DNA of 64,000 nucleotides from Candidatus Bathyarchaeia archaeon (GCA_038870975.1 JAVZJD010000001.1:960001-1024000); one strand, 5' to 3'; shown: positions 20,260 to 31,401, numbered from the stretch's first letter. Notes: generated from the sequence alone by a model not told the origin. Numbers and translations are program-made.

Positions 20260-20481
20260 AATTTGTCAGATAAAAAACTTATCATCAGCCAATGTCATCG
20301 AAGCACCCATTCCTAAGCCATATAAGTCTGGATTCTCGCATCTCTTACAAACCATTTTAAGGTTGAAGTGCGAAAGTAAAGCCAGCCAGATGTTACCTAG
20401 AACGCAAATACGCCGTCGTTACTATTACAAGCAACCATGGAAATGAGTCATCAATAGGATGGGAAATAGCTTTTAGGTTTT

Positions 20482-21645
20482 CTAAGGTGGGGTTCTTAAG
20501 ACCCATCTAGCATGTGACATAAGCCTACTGATTGGTAGACTTTGAGGACACTTCTTTTCACACGTACCGCATCCAATACACACGTCGGCTCTATTCTCCT
20601 TTGGAATCGCCTCATTATATCTTTTTACGACTTCATTAATCTTCTGAGGGTCGTTAGATCTAAGAATCTCGTTTAAGAATGCTATGATGTCGAGTATACG
20701 GACGCCCTGAGGACACGGCATGCAGTATTGGCATCTTGTACACCCTATGAAGCCGTATTGAAGATATTTCTCTTTAACTCTTCCGATTATTTCAAGGTCT
20801 TTAGGTGTAAGGGTGTTCGGGTCTGAACGGTCTGCGAACTCGATATTTTCCACAACCTGCTCCATCCTACTCATACCACTTAATGCGACTGAAACCTCTG
20901 GGTGGTTCCAAACCCAGAGTAACGCCCACTCAACGGGAGAACGTTTAACTTCAGCCTCCTCCCATATTTCTTGAATTTCTTTTGGAGGTGTGATTGCGAG
21001 TAATCCGCCTTTTACCGGTTCCATTATCACGATTGCAAGACCTTTTGAGGAAGCATATTTAAGTCCAATTGTCCCAGGTGTTTGCCGACTACTTTCAGTA
21101 TCCATGTAATTGTACTGTATTTGACACAACGTCCATCCATTATAGCCGTCGATTATCTCTTTAAAAACTTCAAATTCGTCGTGAAAGCTAAACCCGAGAT
21201 ACTTAATCCTACCCTCAGCCATCTGCCGCTCAGCCCAGTCGAGAACATTTAAATCCAAAGCCCTCCTCCAAGTATCTCTATTAAGTGCGTGTAGAAGATA
21301 GAAATCGACATACTCGGTTTGCAGGCGATTTAATTGCTCATTGAAAATTTTATCCATTTCTTCACGTTTGTTAATCATATAGACTGGCATTTTCGTTGCA
21401 ACCCTAACCTTATCACGGTAGCCATCTTTCAACGCTTTTCCAACGACAACCTCGCTGTTTCCACCATGATAGCCGTAGGCTGTATCGATGTAATTCACAC
21501 CATGATCTATAGCATATCTGATCATTCTTATGGCTTCAGCTTCATCCACCTTGCGGAAATCGTTGTCGATTATAGGTAGTCTCATAGTACCGAAACCGAG
21601 TGCGGAAACCCTCCAATCCAGTCTACCGAACTTTCTATACTTCAA
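20482..21645 (-). CDS. Aldo/keto reductase with C-terminal 4Fe-4S dicluster domain
   Basis: LGFGTMRLP, NYIDTAY, YLGFSFH; CTRCQYCMPC and CIGCGTCEKKC. Confidence 0.9.
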   Translation of the reverse strand: MKYRKFGRLDWRVSALGFGTMRLPIIDNDFRKVDEAEAIRMIRYAIDHGVNYIDTAYGYHGGNSEVVVGKALKDGYRDKVRVATKMPVYMINKREEMDKIFNEQLNRLQTEYVDFYLLHALNRDTWRRALDLNVLDWAERQMAEGRIKYLGFSFHDEFEVFKEIIDGYNGWTLCQIQYNYMDTESSRQTPGTIGLKYASSKGLAIVIMEPVKGGLLAITPPKEIQEIWEEAEVKRSPVEWALLWVWNHPEVSVALSGMSRMEQVVENIEFADRSDPNTLTPKDLEIIGRVKEKYLQYGFIGCTRCQYCMPCPQGVRILDIIAFLNEILRSNDPQKINEVVKRYNEAIPKENRADVCIGCGTCEKKCPQSLPISRLMSHARWVLRTPP

Positions 21646-21747
21646 TAGAATTCACCGTGCTTGGAAATGATAAGCACTCACTTATATAGTTAACCCCGTT
21701 TGCATTATTCACGTAGGTAAAGGCTGTTGAATCTTAAACGTATAAAA

Positions 21748-22929
21748 CTACTGTCGTATCTCCATAATCGTTTCACACGCTCTATCTATAAGCTTATCCA
21801 TTTGAACCTCTTTCTCAAACTTTAAAACTTTCTCTAGATCTGCCTTAGTCGCTGGTTTAGATGGCTTAGCCCAGCATGCTGTTTCCTGTGAGCACTCTGG
21901 GTCGGGTCTAATGCTGACTTCGTATGTTCCTATTCTCCTAGCTAAGCTCACAATCTCCTCTTTATCAAAGCCTATTAGAGGTCTAAGCACCGGGATTTCG
22001 ATTGCACTATCTATAGCGTTTAAGTTGTCGAGTGTTTGAGAAGCAACCTGTCCAAGGTTTTCCCCAGTAACTATGGCTTTAGCTCCTTTTTCACGGGAGA
22101 GTCTTTCAGCCACTCTAAGCATAAGCCTCTTACATAGTATACACGTGTAGTTTGTAGCGTGTCTACTTATCTCAGCTAAGGCTTCTCCATGTTTATAAAC
22201 GTAGACTGGTATGTTTAAGCCTATATGCCAGCCTTTCAACACTTCAACTATGTCTAGGAGTTTACGGGTGCAAGCCTCCGGTTTACCGGGATTTACTTGA
22301 GCGTGCAGTACAACTATTGAGCATCCCCTCTTCATCATAAGCCACGTTGCCACTGGGCTATCTATACCAGTCGATATCAGCGCTACGACCCTTCCAGAGC
22401 TACCGAGCGGTAGCCCCCCGTAACACTCGACCCTATGAGTATAAATGTAACACTCACCATTATGAACTTCTACGTATATAGTTCTATCCGGTTTTTCCAA
22501 TGAAACTTTAACACTAGTCTTCTCTTTGAGAATAGCGCCAAGCCGCCTCTCAAAATCTAAACTCGTAAACTCATGTTTACCAGTCCTCCTAACCCTTACA
22601 GCGAAGCTATCAGCGCCTTCAAGTAGGTTTTTAGCCTCCCTAGCCATATAATCCTCAAGCTCATCGAGATTCACGTATGCGAAGGGTGCTATGTATGTTA
22701 GACCGAAAACGCGATTCAACACTTCAACGCTTTTTTCAACTTCCAACGTTTTAACGATAATCCTGGACCACTTATGGCTAACTTGAGCTTTTATACCAGC
22801 CTCAGCTAACCCAGTCGTTACATTTGAAATAAGCATTTTAACCCATCGTCTTCTAACGGGTTTAGATTTAAGAGCAAGTTCACCGTAGGCTGCTAGTACA
22901 CCCTCCCACTGTAAATCCATAATCCTCAA
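21748..22929 (-). CDS. thiI: tRNA 4-thiouridine(8) synthase ThiI (no rhodanese domain)
   Basis: GELALKS, THUMP domain, STGIDSPVA PP-loop, CILCKR, GENLGQVASQTL. Confidence 0.93.
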   Translation of the reverse strand: MRIMDLQWEGVLAAYGELALKSKPVRRRWVKMLISNVTTGLAEAGIKAQVSHKWSRIIVKTLEVEKSVEVLNRVFGLTYIAPFAYVNLDELEDYMAREAKNLLEGADSFAVRVRRTGKHEFTSLDFERRLGAILKEKTSVKVSLEKPDRTIYVEVHNGECYIYTHRVECYGGLPLGSSGRVVALISTGIDSPVATWLMMKRGCSIVVLHAQVNPGKPEACTRKLLDIVEVLKGWHIGLNIPVYVYKHGEALAEISRHATNYTCILCKRLMLRVAERLSREKGAKAIVTGENLGQVASQTLDNLNAIDSAIEIPVLRPLIGFDKEEIVSLARRIGTYEVSIRPDPECSQETACWAKPSKPATKADLEKVLKFEKEVQMDKLIDRACETIMEIRQ

Positions 22930-23091
22930 GTTAAAAACACTATATGCCTTAGATTAAGGGTTTCTGGATAGATGGAAATGGAATTTAAAATATACTTAGA
23001 ATTACCCCCAGTTTTAACGGTTTAAACGATTTTCGGCGAAATGTTATTAAGATTGGGCTTGTCCTCTTCTACTATAAGAACGGGGCTTACC

Positions 23092-24009
23092 TTGCTTGTA
23101 GACAACTACGGTCGTGTCGTCGATAGTATTAGGATATCGCTAACTCAGAGTTGCAATTTCAATTGTTTTTTCTGTCATAGGGAAGGTGAAGTCAACCCGT
23201 ATGAAAGAGAAATGAGCGTAGATGAGATATCTAGAATCGCTAGAATAGCCTACGGTTTAGGTGTACGGAAGATTAAGCTGACGGGGGGAGAGCCTCTAGT
23301 TAGAAGCGATATTGTTGAAATTGTCTCCTCTATAGCTCGTATCGGTAGTCTAGAGGATTTAGCGGTTACAACAAACGGCTTTTTCCTAAGTGAACTTGCA
23401 CATCAGCTTAAGAAAGCCGGATTAATGAGGGTTAACATAAGCCTCCCTTCGCTTAAGCCTAACGTTTTCAAGTACGTAACGGGCTTCGACTCGCTAAGAG
23501 AAGTGCTTAACAGTGTAAAAGCGGCTCTAGAGGTAGGTTTAGTCCCCGTTAAACTAAACATGGTTCTTCTGAAGGGTATCAATGAGGATGAAGTCTGGGA
23601 CATGGTAGAATTCTCCGGCAGAATTGGGGCGATACTGCAGATAATAGAGCTTGAGCCTATAAACATGGATTTGAAGCTGTATGAAGGTCTCCATGTAGAC
23701 CCCTCGCCCATAGAGGAGGCTCTCAGGTGTAAGGCTATACGTACCTATGTTAGAAGCCTACATAATCGCCGAAGGTATGTAATGCCAAATGGAGCCGAAG
23801 TCGAAGTGGTTAAGCCTATGCACAATTCCCTGTTCTGTGCAAACTGTACACGTATACGGATAACATCTGACGGCTTTATTAAACCATGTCTTCTGAGAAG
23901 CAACAATCACATAGACATATTAACGCCCATGCGTAATAATGCATCAGATGATGAGCTCATAAAACTCTTCATAAGGGCTGTAAAGCTTCGAGAACCATTT
24001 TTCAAATGA
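23092..24009 (+). CDS. moaA: GTP 3',8-cyclase (molybdenum/tungsten cofactor synthesis)
   Basis: TTG start then LVDNYGR; CNFNCFFC radical-SAM motif, TGGEP, FCANCTRIR..KPCL. Confidence 0.93.
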   Translation: MLVDNYGRVVDSIRISLTQSCNFNCFFCHREGEVNPYEREMSVDEISRIARIAYGLGVRKIKLTGGEPLVRSDIVEIVSSIARIGSLEDLAVTTNGFFLSELAHQLKKAGLMRVNISLPSLKPNVFKYVTGFDSLREVLNSVKAALEVGLVPVKLNMVLLKGINEDEVWDMVEFSGRIGAILQIIELEPINMDLKLYEGLHVDPSPIEEALRCKAIRTYVRSLHNRRRYVMPNGAEVEVVKPMHNSLFCANCTRIRITSDGFIKPCLLRSNNHIDILTPMRNNASDDELIKLFIRAVKLREPFFK

Positions 24010-24022
24010 CTGGTGTCTTATA

Positions 24023-25294
24023 GTGGATTCGAAGACATACTACATCGAGCCTCCGGAGCTGGATAAGAGGCTTGGCATGCTTGTATACGTAACCAAAAGT
24101 CCACCCGTAGCAGGTAGAATTAAAGAGAGCTTCGAAGACTTCTACGTTGAAGAAATCATAGATTTAAAAATCGTTAAAAGTAGGCTTGAGAGGGGTTACG
24201 CCGTATACATTATGGAGAAGCGAAACATGGATACATTTTCAGCTATTGCTAAAGCCGCAAAATTGCTGGACGTACCTTCAAACGCCATAGGTTATGCTGG
24301 CTTAAAAGACACAGTGGCAGTAACCCGTCAATACATCACAGTCCCAGTTGAAAAGCTGAAGACTATTATTGAAAACGTTGAAGATAAGAAGTTAAGCCTA
24401 AGGTTTGTAGGCTTCTCCAACAGGGGGCTTAAACCAGGCCGTCTCGTAGGTAACAAGTTTAAAATAGCCATTTCCCTCGAAAGTGGGGAAAGACTCGACA
24501 AACTCCTAAACGCGTTAAAAGAACTGTCGGAGGTATCCGGTATAGCTGGCTTCTACGGTTATCAGAGGTTTGGAGTTAGAAGGCCAAATACTCATATTGT
24601 TGGCAAGCTGATGGTTAAACGCCTGTGGGATGAAGCGGTTAGAGAGATTGCGGGGCATCCGTATCCTTGGGAGCCTCCGCAGTCTTATGAAGCTAGAGTT
24701 TTATTCGAAGAGGGGAATCTACAAGAGGCTTTTAAAAAGTTTCCAAAATCCCTCTTCTATGAGAGATTCATAGTTAAAAAGCTTCAAGAAGGATGGGATC
24801 CTGTAAAAATACTTAGAGCGCTCCCCTCGAATCTACGCCACTTATACGTTTCAGGCTATCAGTCCTATCTTTTCAATACGGCTTTAAGCCGACGGCTGAT
24901 GGAGACCGATTTAAACCCGACGAAAATACTGGAGGGCGATATTGTTAAAGGTGTGAAAGATGAGAGTATGATTAGAGCAGGTTTATCAATACTCTACATG
25001 GTGACGCCGGGAGTTGGCCGTCTCATCGAAAAATTGAAGGGCGATTGTATACGCATCATTAAGCAAGTCATGGAGGAAGAAGATGTTAAGCCTGAGGATT
25101 TTAAGATAGATGAGCTTAACGTAGTATGTAAAGCATCTCTAAGAGAGGTTTTCATGAAGTTTAGAGACCTCGCTTTAATAATTCAACCGTCTTCTAAACC
25201 ACTCCTCTCTTTCACACTTCCCCAAGGTGGATATGCCACTGTTCTACTGAGAGAGCTTCTCAAGCAGGATCCGTTGAAAGCCAACTTTAGATAG
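24023..25294 (+). CDS. truD: tRNA pseudouridine(13) synthase
   Basis: EDFYVEE, YAGLKD..AVTRQ, GNKF, GYQRFG and F.LP.G.YAT..LRE motifs. Confidence 0.93.
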   Translation: MDSKTYYIEPPELDKRLGMLVYVTKSPPVAGRIKESFEDFYVEEIIDLKIVKSRLERGYAVYIMEKRNMDTFSAIAKAAKLLDVPSNAIGYAGLKDTVAVTRQYITVPVEKLKTIIENVEDKKLSLRFVGFSNRGLKPGRLVGNKFKIAISLESGERLDKLLNALKELSEVSGIAGFYGYQRFGVRRPNTHIVGKLMVKRLWDEAVREIAGHPYPWEPPQSYEARVLFEEGNLQEAFKKFPKSLFYERFIVKKLQEGWDPVKILRALPSNLRHLYVSGYQSYLFNTALSRRLMETDLNPTKILEGDIVKGVKDESMIRAGLSILYMVTPGVGRLIEKLKGDCIRIIKQVMEEEDVKPEDFKIDELNVVCKASLREVFMKFRDLALIIQPSSKPLLSFTLPQGGYATVLLRELLKQDPLKANFR

Positions 25295-26396
25295 GTTTAA
25301 GATATTTGTCGACTCCATCTGGGTCGAACTCATCTTCATCTAAAACGTTTAGTATGAAGTTTACGAGCATACGCCTCTGCTCTCTCTTCATATCTGGATA
25401 GTAGATGGGATGTACTACAACCATTCCTCTGAAAGCGTAAAAAGGCTGTACAACCCTTAGAATCTCTTCGTCGCCAGTCCTATTGAGGTATTCTTTGTAG
25501 AACAGCTTGAAGAGTCTTCTAAAGGCTTCCTCCAATGAGCCGTACTGCCATATGCTTATGAACAAGTAGTTTATCGTCAGAGCCGTCACATCGTCAGCAG
25601 GCTCGCCGTACATTTCTCTCGATAAATCGACTGCTACAATAGACCCGTCTGGTCTAAACCTTATGTTTCCAAACGGGTGGAAATCTCCATGAATTCTGGA
25701 GAGTCTATGAGTCATCCTCTTTAGACGGTTTCTCCATTTAACAGCTTCAACCTCTATTCGATACACCTCTTCGTCGGATATGAAGTCTAATCCACCTGGA
25801 TATGTATCTATAACTCCCATGAGCATCTCCCCGTGACCTATTAGGTCTCTGATGTGTCTCAAATATAGGTTCCTGTTGTTCGCCTTCTCTGAGTGCATCT
25901 TCGATAGATATGTAACGCAGTTGATACACATGTCTTCATCTCTACGCGTCAGATTCCTCCTTCTGCTAAGCTCAAGTAGATACTCTATATATGGCTTACC
26001 ATACTCTTCTGTTAAAGGCTCTACTAACTGGATAAACTCTACAGCTTCCCCTATCGATGCTAATGAACCGTTTTTCATAACGGCAACTACATCAATCGAA
26101 GGTATACACGTGTTCTTAGGAGCACTGTTGTAAAGCATGTGTTGAAGGAGTAGAACCGAAGCCCTATCGCTTAAGTAGTCATGTCCCCAACCCGTATCTC
26201 CCCTAACAATCCTCATAACTAGAGCCTTCAGCTTAGAATCTTGTTTAAACTTCAGTAGGAAGCCGGCATTATGGAACCCCTCCCCCAGCTTAACAACATC
26301 TAGAATCTTAACCTCCCCGCCGAGCTTAGACTCTAAGTACTTCCTTAAAGACTCTTCATCTATCATCACCGTATAGGAGCCCACTTTAAGGTCCAC
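25287..26396 (-). CDS. APH/choline-kinase-like phosphotransferase
   Basis: LGEGFH loop, IHGDFHPFGNI Brenner-type motif, GEPADD. Confidence 0.75.
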   Translation of the reverse strand: MDLKVGSYTVMIDEESLRKYLESKLGGEVKILDVVKLGEGFHNAGFLLKFKQDSKLKALVMRIVRGDTGWGHDYLSDRASVLLLQHMLYNSAPKNTCIPSIDVVAVMKNGSLASIGEAVEFIQLVEPLTEEYGKPYIEYLLELSRRRNLTRRDEDMCINCVTYLSKMHSEKANNRNLYLRHIRDLIGHGEMLMGVIDTYPGGLDFISDEEVYRIEVEAVKWRNRLKRMTHRLSRIHGDFHPFGNIRFRPDGSIVAVDLSREMYGEPADDVTALTINYLFISIWQYGSLEEAFRRLFKLFYKEYLNRTGDEEILRVVQPFYAFRGMVVVHPIYYPDMKREQRRMLVNFILNVLDEDEFDPDGVDKYLKPI

Positions 26397-26528
26397 ATAG
26401 ACACCACTATATATTGGGATTGCTGAGATTTACTGTTTACGTTTCTGCAACATCGGGTAAACATACCTTGTGGAGTTCTTTGAAGACGCTAAACCCTTAT
26501 ATTTACTTTCCCTCCTTCATATCTAGGA

Positions 26529-27842
26529 ATGAATCTTAAGAACTTCCTTAAACCGCACAGAGGTATGAAGGATTATCTTCCCAGAGACCTCTACGAGCGT
26601 AGAGTGGTTGAAGAAGCCATCCGAGAGCTATTCAAACTCTATGGTTATGAGGAGGTTGAAACCCCTACTGTTGAATACTACGAGCTTTTAGCCGCTAAAG
26701 TAGGTGAAGAAACAAGGAAAACCATGTATGTTTTTAAAGACTTAGCCGGTAGGACTCTGGCTTTAAGACCAGAAGGGACAGTACCAATAGTCAGACTTGT
26801 AGCGTCGAAGCTTAGGACAGCTCCAAAGCCGCTCAGACTAGGGTACATCTGGGATTTCTACAGGTATGATGAGCCTCAAAAAGGACGCTACCGTCGCTTC
26901 TACCAGGGTGGGTTTGAACTTCTCGGTTCATCTAAACTCCAAGCCGACATGGAAATACTGTCCATATCTATAGAGCTTATGAGGAAACTCAACCTTTCTA
27001 AATTTCAAGTCAAGCTTAGCGACGTAGGCGTACTCCGCGGTCTACTGAGTAGCTGGGGTGTTGATGAAAACGTGCAGAATAGAGTGTTAAGTCTAGCGGA
27101 TAAGAAGAACTACGTAGAAGCCATCAGAGTGCTTGAGGAGTCAAACCTAGACGAAACTTCGATTTCAAAAGTCGCTGAAATATTCAAGCTTAAAGGTTTA
27201 AACTATAAGAGCATTATAGTTGAAGCTAAGCGTATAATAGGAGGATGTGAACATTCTGAGAAATCTCTGGACAACTTAGAGACTATCCTCGATAACATAA
27301 GAGAAGTGTATCCAGAGCCTGAGTATTTTCTCGACCTTGGATTCGCAAGAGGATTAGAATACTATACGGGCTTCATATTTGAAATATTCGTAGAAAGCCT
27401 TGATATAGCATTGATAGGAGGAGGCAGATACGACAAGTTAGTAGAGCTTTATGGTGGTGAGCCTACCCCCGCAGTCGGTTGCGCTGCAGGTGTAGACAGA
27501 TTAGTCCTCGCTATGAAGATCAATAACGTGATCCCTCCCCCTCCACCGAATAGGAGAGTATATCTCTACGTACTAGACGACGCTATCCTATCCTACGGGT
27601 TTAAAGTTTCAGCCGAGCTTAGGTCCAACGGAATCCCTGTTGAGATAGAGGTTATGGATAGAAGCCTTTCCAAGGGCCTTTCAACGGCGGGTAAGAAAAA
27701 CTACCCGTATGCGTTAATAGTAGGCTCGAAAGAGGCTAAAGCTGGTCTAGTAACGTTGAAAGACATGTCTACTGGTCTACAGGAGACATTACCTCTTAAA
27801 GAGGTATTGAGTAAGATCAGGTCGAGCTTCAATGCGAATTAG
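26529..27842 (+). CDS. hisS: Histidine--tRNA ligase
   Basis: RGMKDY, LRPEGT, YRYDEPQKGRYR, RGLEYYTG, GGGRYD and C-terminal anticodon-binding domain. Confidence 0.96.
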   Translation: MNLKNFLKPHRGMKDYLPRDLYERRVVEEAIRELFKLYGYEEVETPTVEYYELLAAKVGEETRKTMYVFKDLAGRTLALRPEGTVPIVRLVASKLRTAPKPLRLGYIWDFYRYDEPQKGRYRRFYQGGFELLGSSKLQADMEILSISIELMRKLNLSKFQVKLSDVGVLRGLLSSWGVDENVQNRVLSLADKKNYVEAIRVLEESNLDETSISKVAEIFKLKGLNYKSIIVEAKRIIGGCEHSEKSLDNLETILDNIREVYPEPEYFLDLGFARGLEYYTGFIFEIFVESLDIALIGGGRYDKLVELYGGEPTPAVGCAAGVDRLVLAMKINNVIPPPPPNRRVYLYVLDDAILSYGFKVSAELRSNGIPVEIEVMDRSLSKGLSTAGKKNYPYALIVGSKEAKAGLVTLKDMSTGLQETLPLKEVLSKIRSSFNAN

Positions 27843-29311
27843 CCTGCTTTTTCAACCACAACGAGTCCTGAAAACCTCGTCGTAGAGGCTTCAAGCTCTC
27901 CTGAAGGCCCACTTCTAATGTATAGGTGTGTGAGTCTAACAACTGTTCCAGCTTCGAGTTTTTCGCATTCTTCTGCAAGCTCTCTCCAAACAGTCACTCT
28001 TATAGAGCCTGTATCGTCTCCGATGATGAAAGATGCGACTTTAACTTCCCCTTTGGCGGTGTCTACTTTCCTGGCTTCAGGAGTCGTTAAAATCATCCCC
28101 TCCAAAGTTACATATCTATCCCCATCTCTAAGCTCTCCAACTTTACGTGTGAGGTTTAAGACTTTAAAATTCGAAACATCGTGCCTCTTTTCAAGAACAC
28201 CATCTAAACCCACGTGAACCTCCATCCCCCTCAAACCCATACGTGTATACGCATTTTTAACCATGAAGACATCCCCCTCCTTAACCTCTTCAGCATCGTA
28301 TGACATCTTACCCCAGAAGTTTATTAAAATCAGACCAGTATCGTCACCAGCGAGTAGAGATGCAACTCTTCCTTCAACTCCACTAGGCGTCTTAAACACC
28401 CTCGTAAATGTTTTCGAGTATGCTCTTAGAAGTAGAGTAAGCCCCTTAGCATTCGGCTTCAAATCTACAACTTTAGAAACCAAATCCTCCAGACGTGCTT
28501 TAAACGGCATAATCTCAATCTTACCTGGGTCGTTTATATGTAGTTCCAATCCGCCTGTGGCTCTAAACCTGACTTTACCTCCTAGAATCCTCAGCTTACT
28601 TCCATCTTCAACGTTAACAACTCTATCAGCAGCATCATTCCACAATACTAAGGTAAGAAAGCCGCTTCCATCTTTAACGTTGACTCTAAGTACTCTACCC
28701 TCACGGTTATTCGCTTTAAAAGTCTTCAAATCGCTTTTAGATACGATGAAAACTTCTAAGATGAAGACTCTATCGTCAGCCGTTAAACTAGCAACCTTTT
28801 TAACAGGCAATTGAACGTTAGAGGTTTTCTCAAGCTTTATACTCCCTCTAGATCCAACATGTACTTCAACCCCTTCAGTCCCACTCTTCGTATACCCGTG
28901 GAGGATTTTAATCCTCCAACCAGCCGTGGGACCCGTAGATAGAAACTCATCGACTTTATCATCCCAGAGAACACAGTTCAGCTGTTTTGAGCCATCATCT
29001 AACACCAATCTTAAAACCTTCCCCTCACCCTGTCTACGTTTAAACCTCTTAACTTCTCCCACGTAAATTATGGGTGCCTCTATAGAGACGTCTTTAAGAC
29101 CAGAGACTAAATCCTTAAGTCTAAAACTTCTACCGCCAGTATAATCAACTGTAACACCTAGGTCTTGAGCAACTAAGTGAGCTGCCCCCTCATCTGTCAA
29201 TAGGCCATGATAACTCTTCTTCTTCTCCTCAATCATGGCTTTTACTTTCTCAGATGTTAAGCCCGGTTTAGAAGCTACTATACGGTTTATGATATCCCCT
29301 ATTTCACCCAA
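27839..29311 (-). CDS. rpa: Replication protein A (multi-OB-fold ssDNA-binding protein)
   Basis: GLLTDEGAAHLVA N-domain followed by four OB-like repeats (D.TG....V.W); TTG start at 29311 preferred over 29377. Confidence 0.85.
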   Translation of the reverse strand: MGEIGDIINRIVASKPGLTSEKVKAMIEEKKKSYHGLLTDEGAAHLVAQDLGVTVDYTGGRSFRLKDLVSGLKDVSIEAPIIYVGEVKRFKRRQGEGKVLRLVLDDGSKQLNCVLWDDKVDEFLSTGPTAGWRIKILHGYTKSGTEGVEVHVGSRGSIKLEKTSNVQLPVKKVASLTADDRVFILEVFIVSKSDLKTFKANNREGRVLRVNVKDGSGFLTLVLWNDAADRVVNVEDGSKLRILGGKVRFRATGGLELHINDPGKIEIMPFKARLEDLVSKVVDLKPNAKGLTLLLRAYSKTFTRVFKTPSGVEGRVASLLAGDDTGLILINFWGKMSYDAEEVKEGDVFMVKNAYTRMGLRGMEVHVGLDGVLEKRHDVSNFKVLNLTRKVGELRDGDRYVTLEGMILTTPEARKVDTAKGEVKVASFIIGDDTGSIRVTVWRELAEECEKLEAGTVVRLTHLYIRSGPSGELEASTTRFSGLVVVEKAG

Positions 29312-29609
29312 GACTTCCAAATCAAAGTTTAAAACAGTATCTATTAACCTTTTGCAACTTGATTTGTGTGATGCCATCGTACAGTGTCTATACGGCTTTA
29401 ACGTATTCCATACTTAACAACGGGGTATTTCAAGCCTCGCATCTAAACGATGCTAGTATAAACTCTGAGGCTGAAAATCTATTTAATAGCTCCCTAAAGA
29501 TCCCGTAAACCACCTCTCCTCGGTTTACAGTTCAGAATTCCCAGCTTCGATTGGAGATGCATCTGCCAAGGAAATTTTATAAGTAGTATTTACTTCATCT
29601 TGTTGCAAA

Positions 29610-31355
29610 GTGGCACTCATGGGATTAGACGTTGTAAAGTACTACAGGCGTCTATTTAAGATCCCAAGTCTAACAGTGATTCTAGCTGAGCATACGATTT
29701 TAGGCTTACTATTCGGCTTATATATGGGTGGCTTAAGTTTTGAATCCCCCTTGAAGGGTATTTTAACACTAACATTAACATCGGTTTTATCGGACCTACT
29801 CACGCGTCTAATATGTAGGTCTGAACCGCTCTTGAACTTTAGGAGGGTCTCCGGTTTAACCCTTTTCTCAAACCTCACGGTCGTAATATCGAGTCTACTT
29901 TTCACGCCTTTAAAATACCTCGGGGTCTCAGAAGGTAGAATTCTGCTGATAGGTTTTCCACTTTCAGCTGTTTTAAGATTCATGGTTTTTAGAGTCCTCG
30001 CGTTTAAAAAAACTTCCTACTTCTTTTTCATACTTCAACCTTTAACGTGCATACTATCGCTCGTGTACGTTTATAATCTAACTTTGCCCTTAAACCTCGT
30101 AATAGCATTGTCAACGGCGCTCCTAACAGCCATGGTATATTTGAATCTAATAGATGGAGAGGCTAAGCCTTTAACTGGTTTCAGCGGTTTAACGCTCTTC
30201 AGAGCCTTTTTAGCGAATTGGATGGAAGACTTAGACGGGCCGATTGAAAACATCTTAGAGGAATTGGGGGTTGAAAGTGAATGTTCAATAGACATCCTCC
30301 TCTTTAAAACATTAAACGGTAGAACGGCAATAGTGGTTCCATACATCCACCCCGGGCCTTTTAAAAACATCGGTAGTAGCTCCCTGCCGTGTAGTATTCA
30401 AGCGTTTATCGAGAAGGAGTTTAAATGTGAAGCAGTAGCCGTTCCACATGGTACTTCGACGCACGTCTACAATCTCACTTCGAAAAAATACATTTCCAGA
30501 GTTTTAAACGCATTAGGCTCCATAAAACCCGAGTTTAATATTTCTAAAGCATCTAAGCCCATTAGAGTTTACAATGGAGTAGCTCAAGCGGTCTGCCAAT
30601 CTTTCGATGGAATAGCTTTACTCGCACTAACACTAGCCCCCAAACCTATGGAAGACATTCCACCAGAGGTTAAAACTACGCTTGAAGAATACGGTAGGCG
30701 TTTAGGCTTTGAATCTGTTATCGTAGTAGATGCTCACAACAGCTTCTCATGGGATATATGCTCTATGACCGATGAAACTAGACAGATTTTAATCGAAGCT
30801 GGTAGAACAGCCCTCTATACAGCTCATAAAGCGGAGTTTAATAGGTTTAAAATAGGCTTCTCTAGAAAGTATGTACATGGATATGATGTTAAAGACGGTA
30901 TTGGGCCTTGTGGAGTAGTCGTACACGTATTCATGATAGAGGACTCCCTCTACGCATACGTAACGATCGACGGTAACAACATGATTTCTGGGCTTAGGGA
31001 GAAGATAGTTCAGAGCTTGAAGGAATTTGGTGTTTCAGATGCTGAGGTTTTCACGACGGATACACACATGGTTAATGCTGTAGTTCTAGATAAAGGCTAT
31101 CATCCAGTTGGCGAAACAATAGATGAAAAGTCCATTATACAGACGGTTTTAGACGCATTTAAAGAGGCTCGAAGTAGAATTGAATGGGCCTCTGCATACT
31201 ACGTGAAAACGAATATACCCGCTTTAAAAGTGCTCGGGGATGGTCTATCTAAGCTCACAAGCTCATTGGAAGCCTCAGTCAAAAAAGCAAAACGCTTGGC
31301 CCTCTGTCTCATGACACCACTTCTCATAGTTTCCATGCTTATAACAGTTTTATAG
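29610..31355 (+). CDS. DUF2070-family membrane protein
   Basis: N-terminal TM helices; IHPGPF..GSS, VPHG..H, DAHN, DGNN and TTDTH motifs. Confidence 0.85.
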   Translation: MALMGLDVVKYYRRLFKIPSLTVILAEHTILGLLFGLYMGGLSFESPLKGILTLTLTSVLSDLLTRLICRSEPLLNFRRVSGLTLFSNLTVVISSLLFTPLKYLGVSEGRILLIGFPLSAVLRFMVFRVLAFKKTSYFFFILQPLTCILSLVYVYNLTLPLNLVIALSTALLTAMVYLNLIDGEAKPLTGFSGLTLFRAFLANWMEDLDGPIENILEELGVESECSIDILLFKTLNGRTAIVVPYIHPGPFKNIGSSSLPCSIQAFIEKEFKCEAVAVPHGTSTHVYNLTSKKYISRVLNALGSIKPEFNISKASKPIRVYNGVAQAVCQSFDGIALLALTLAPKPMEDIPPEVKTTLEEYGRRLGFESVIVVDAHNSFSWDICSMTDETRQILIEAGRTALYTAHKAEFNRFKIGFSRKYVHGYDVKDGIGPCGVVVHVFMIEDSLYAYVTIDGNNMISGLREKIVQSLKEFGVSDAEVFTTDTHMVNAVVLDKGYHPVGETIDEKSIIQTVLDAFKEARSRIEWASAYYVKTNIPALKVLGDGLSKLTSSLEASVKKAKRLALCLMTPLLIVSMLITVL

Positions 31356-31401
31356 GAGGCCAACTCGCACAAGTGAAGATAAGAGTATAACTCTTCTCAG
31401 C

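Noticed and set aside
29433-29473. AGCCTC...GAGGCT stem enclosing a GCATC/GATGC hairpin and CTGA
   Set aside because: Short and lacks a proper C box; not distinguishable from chance
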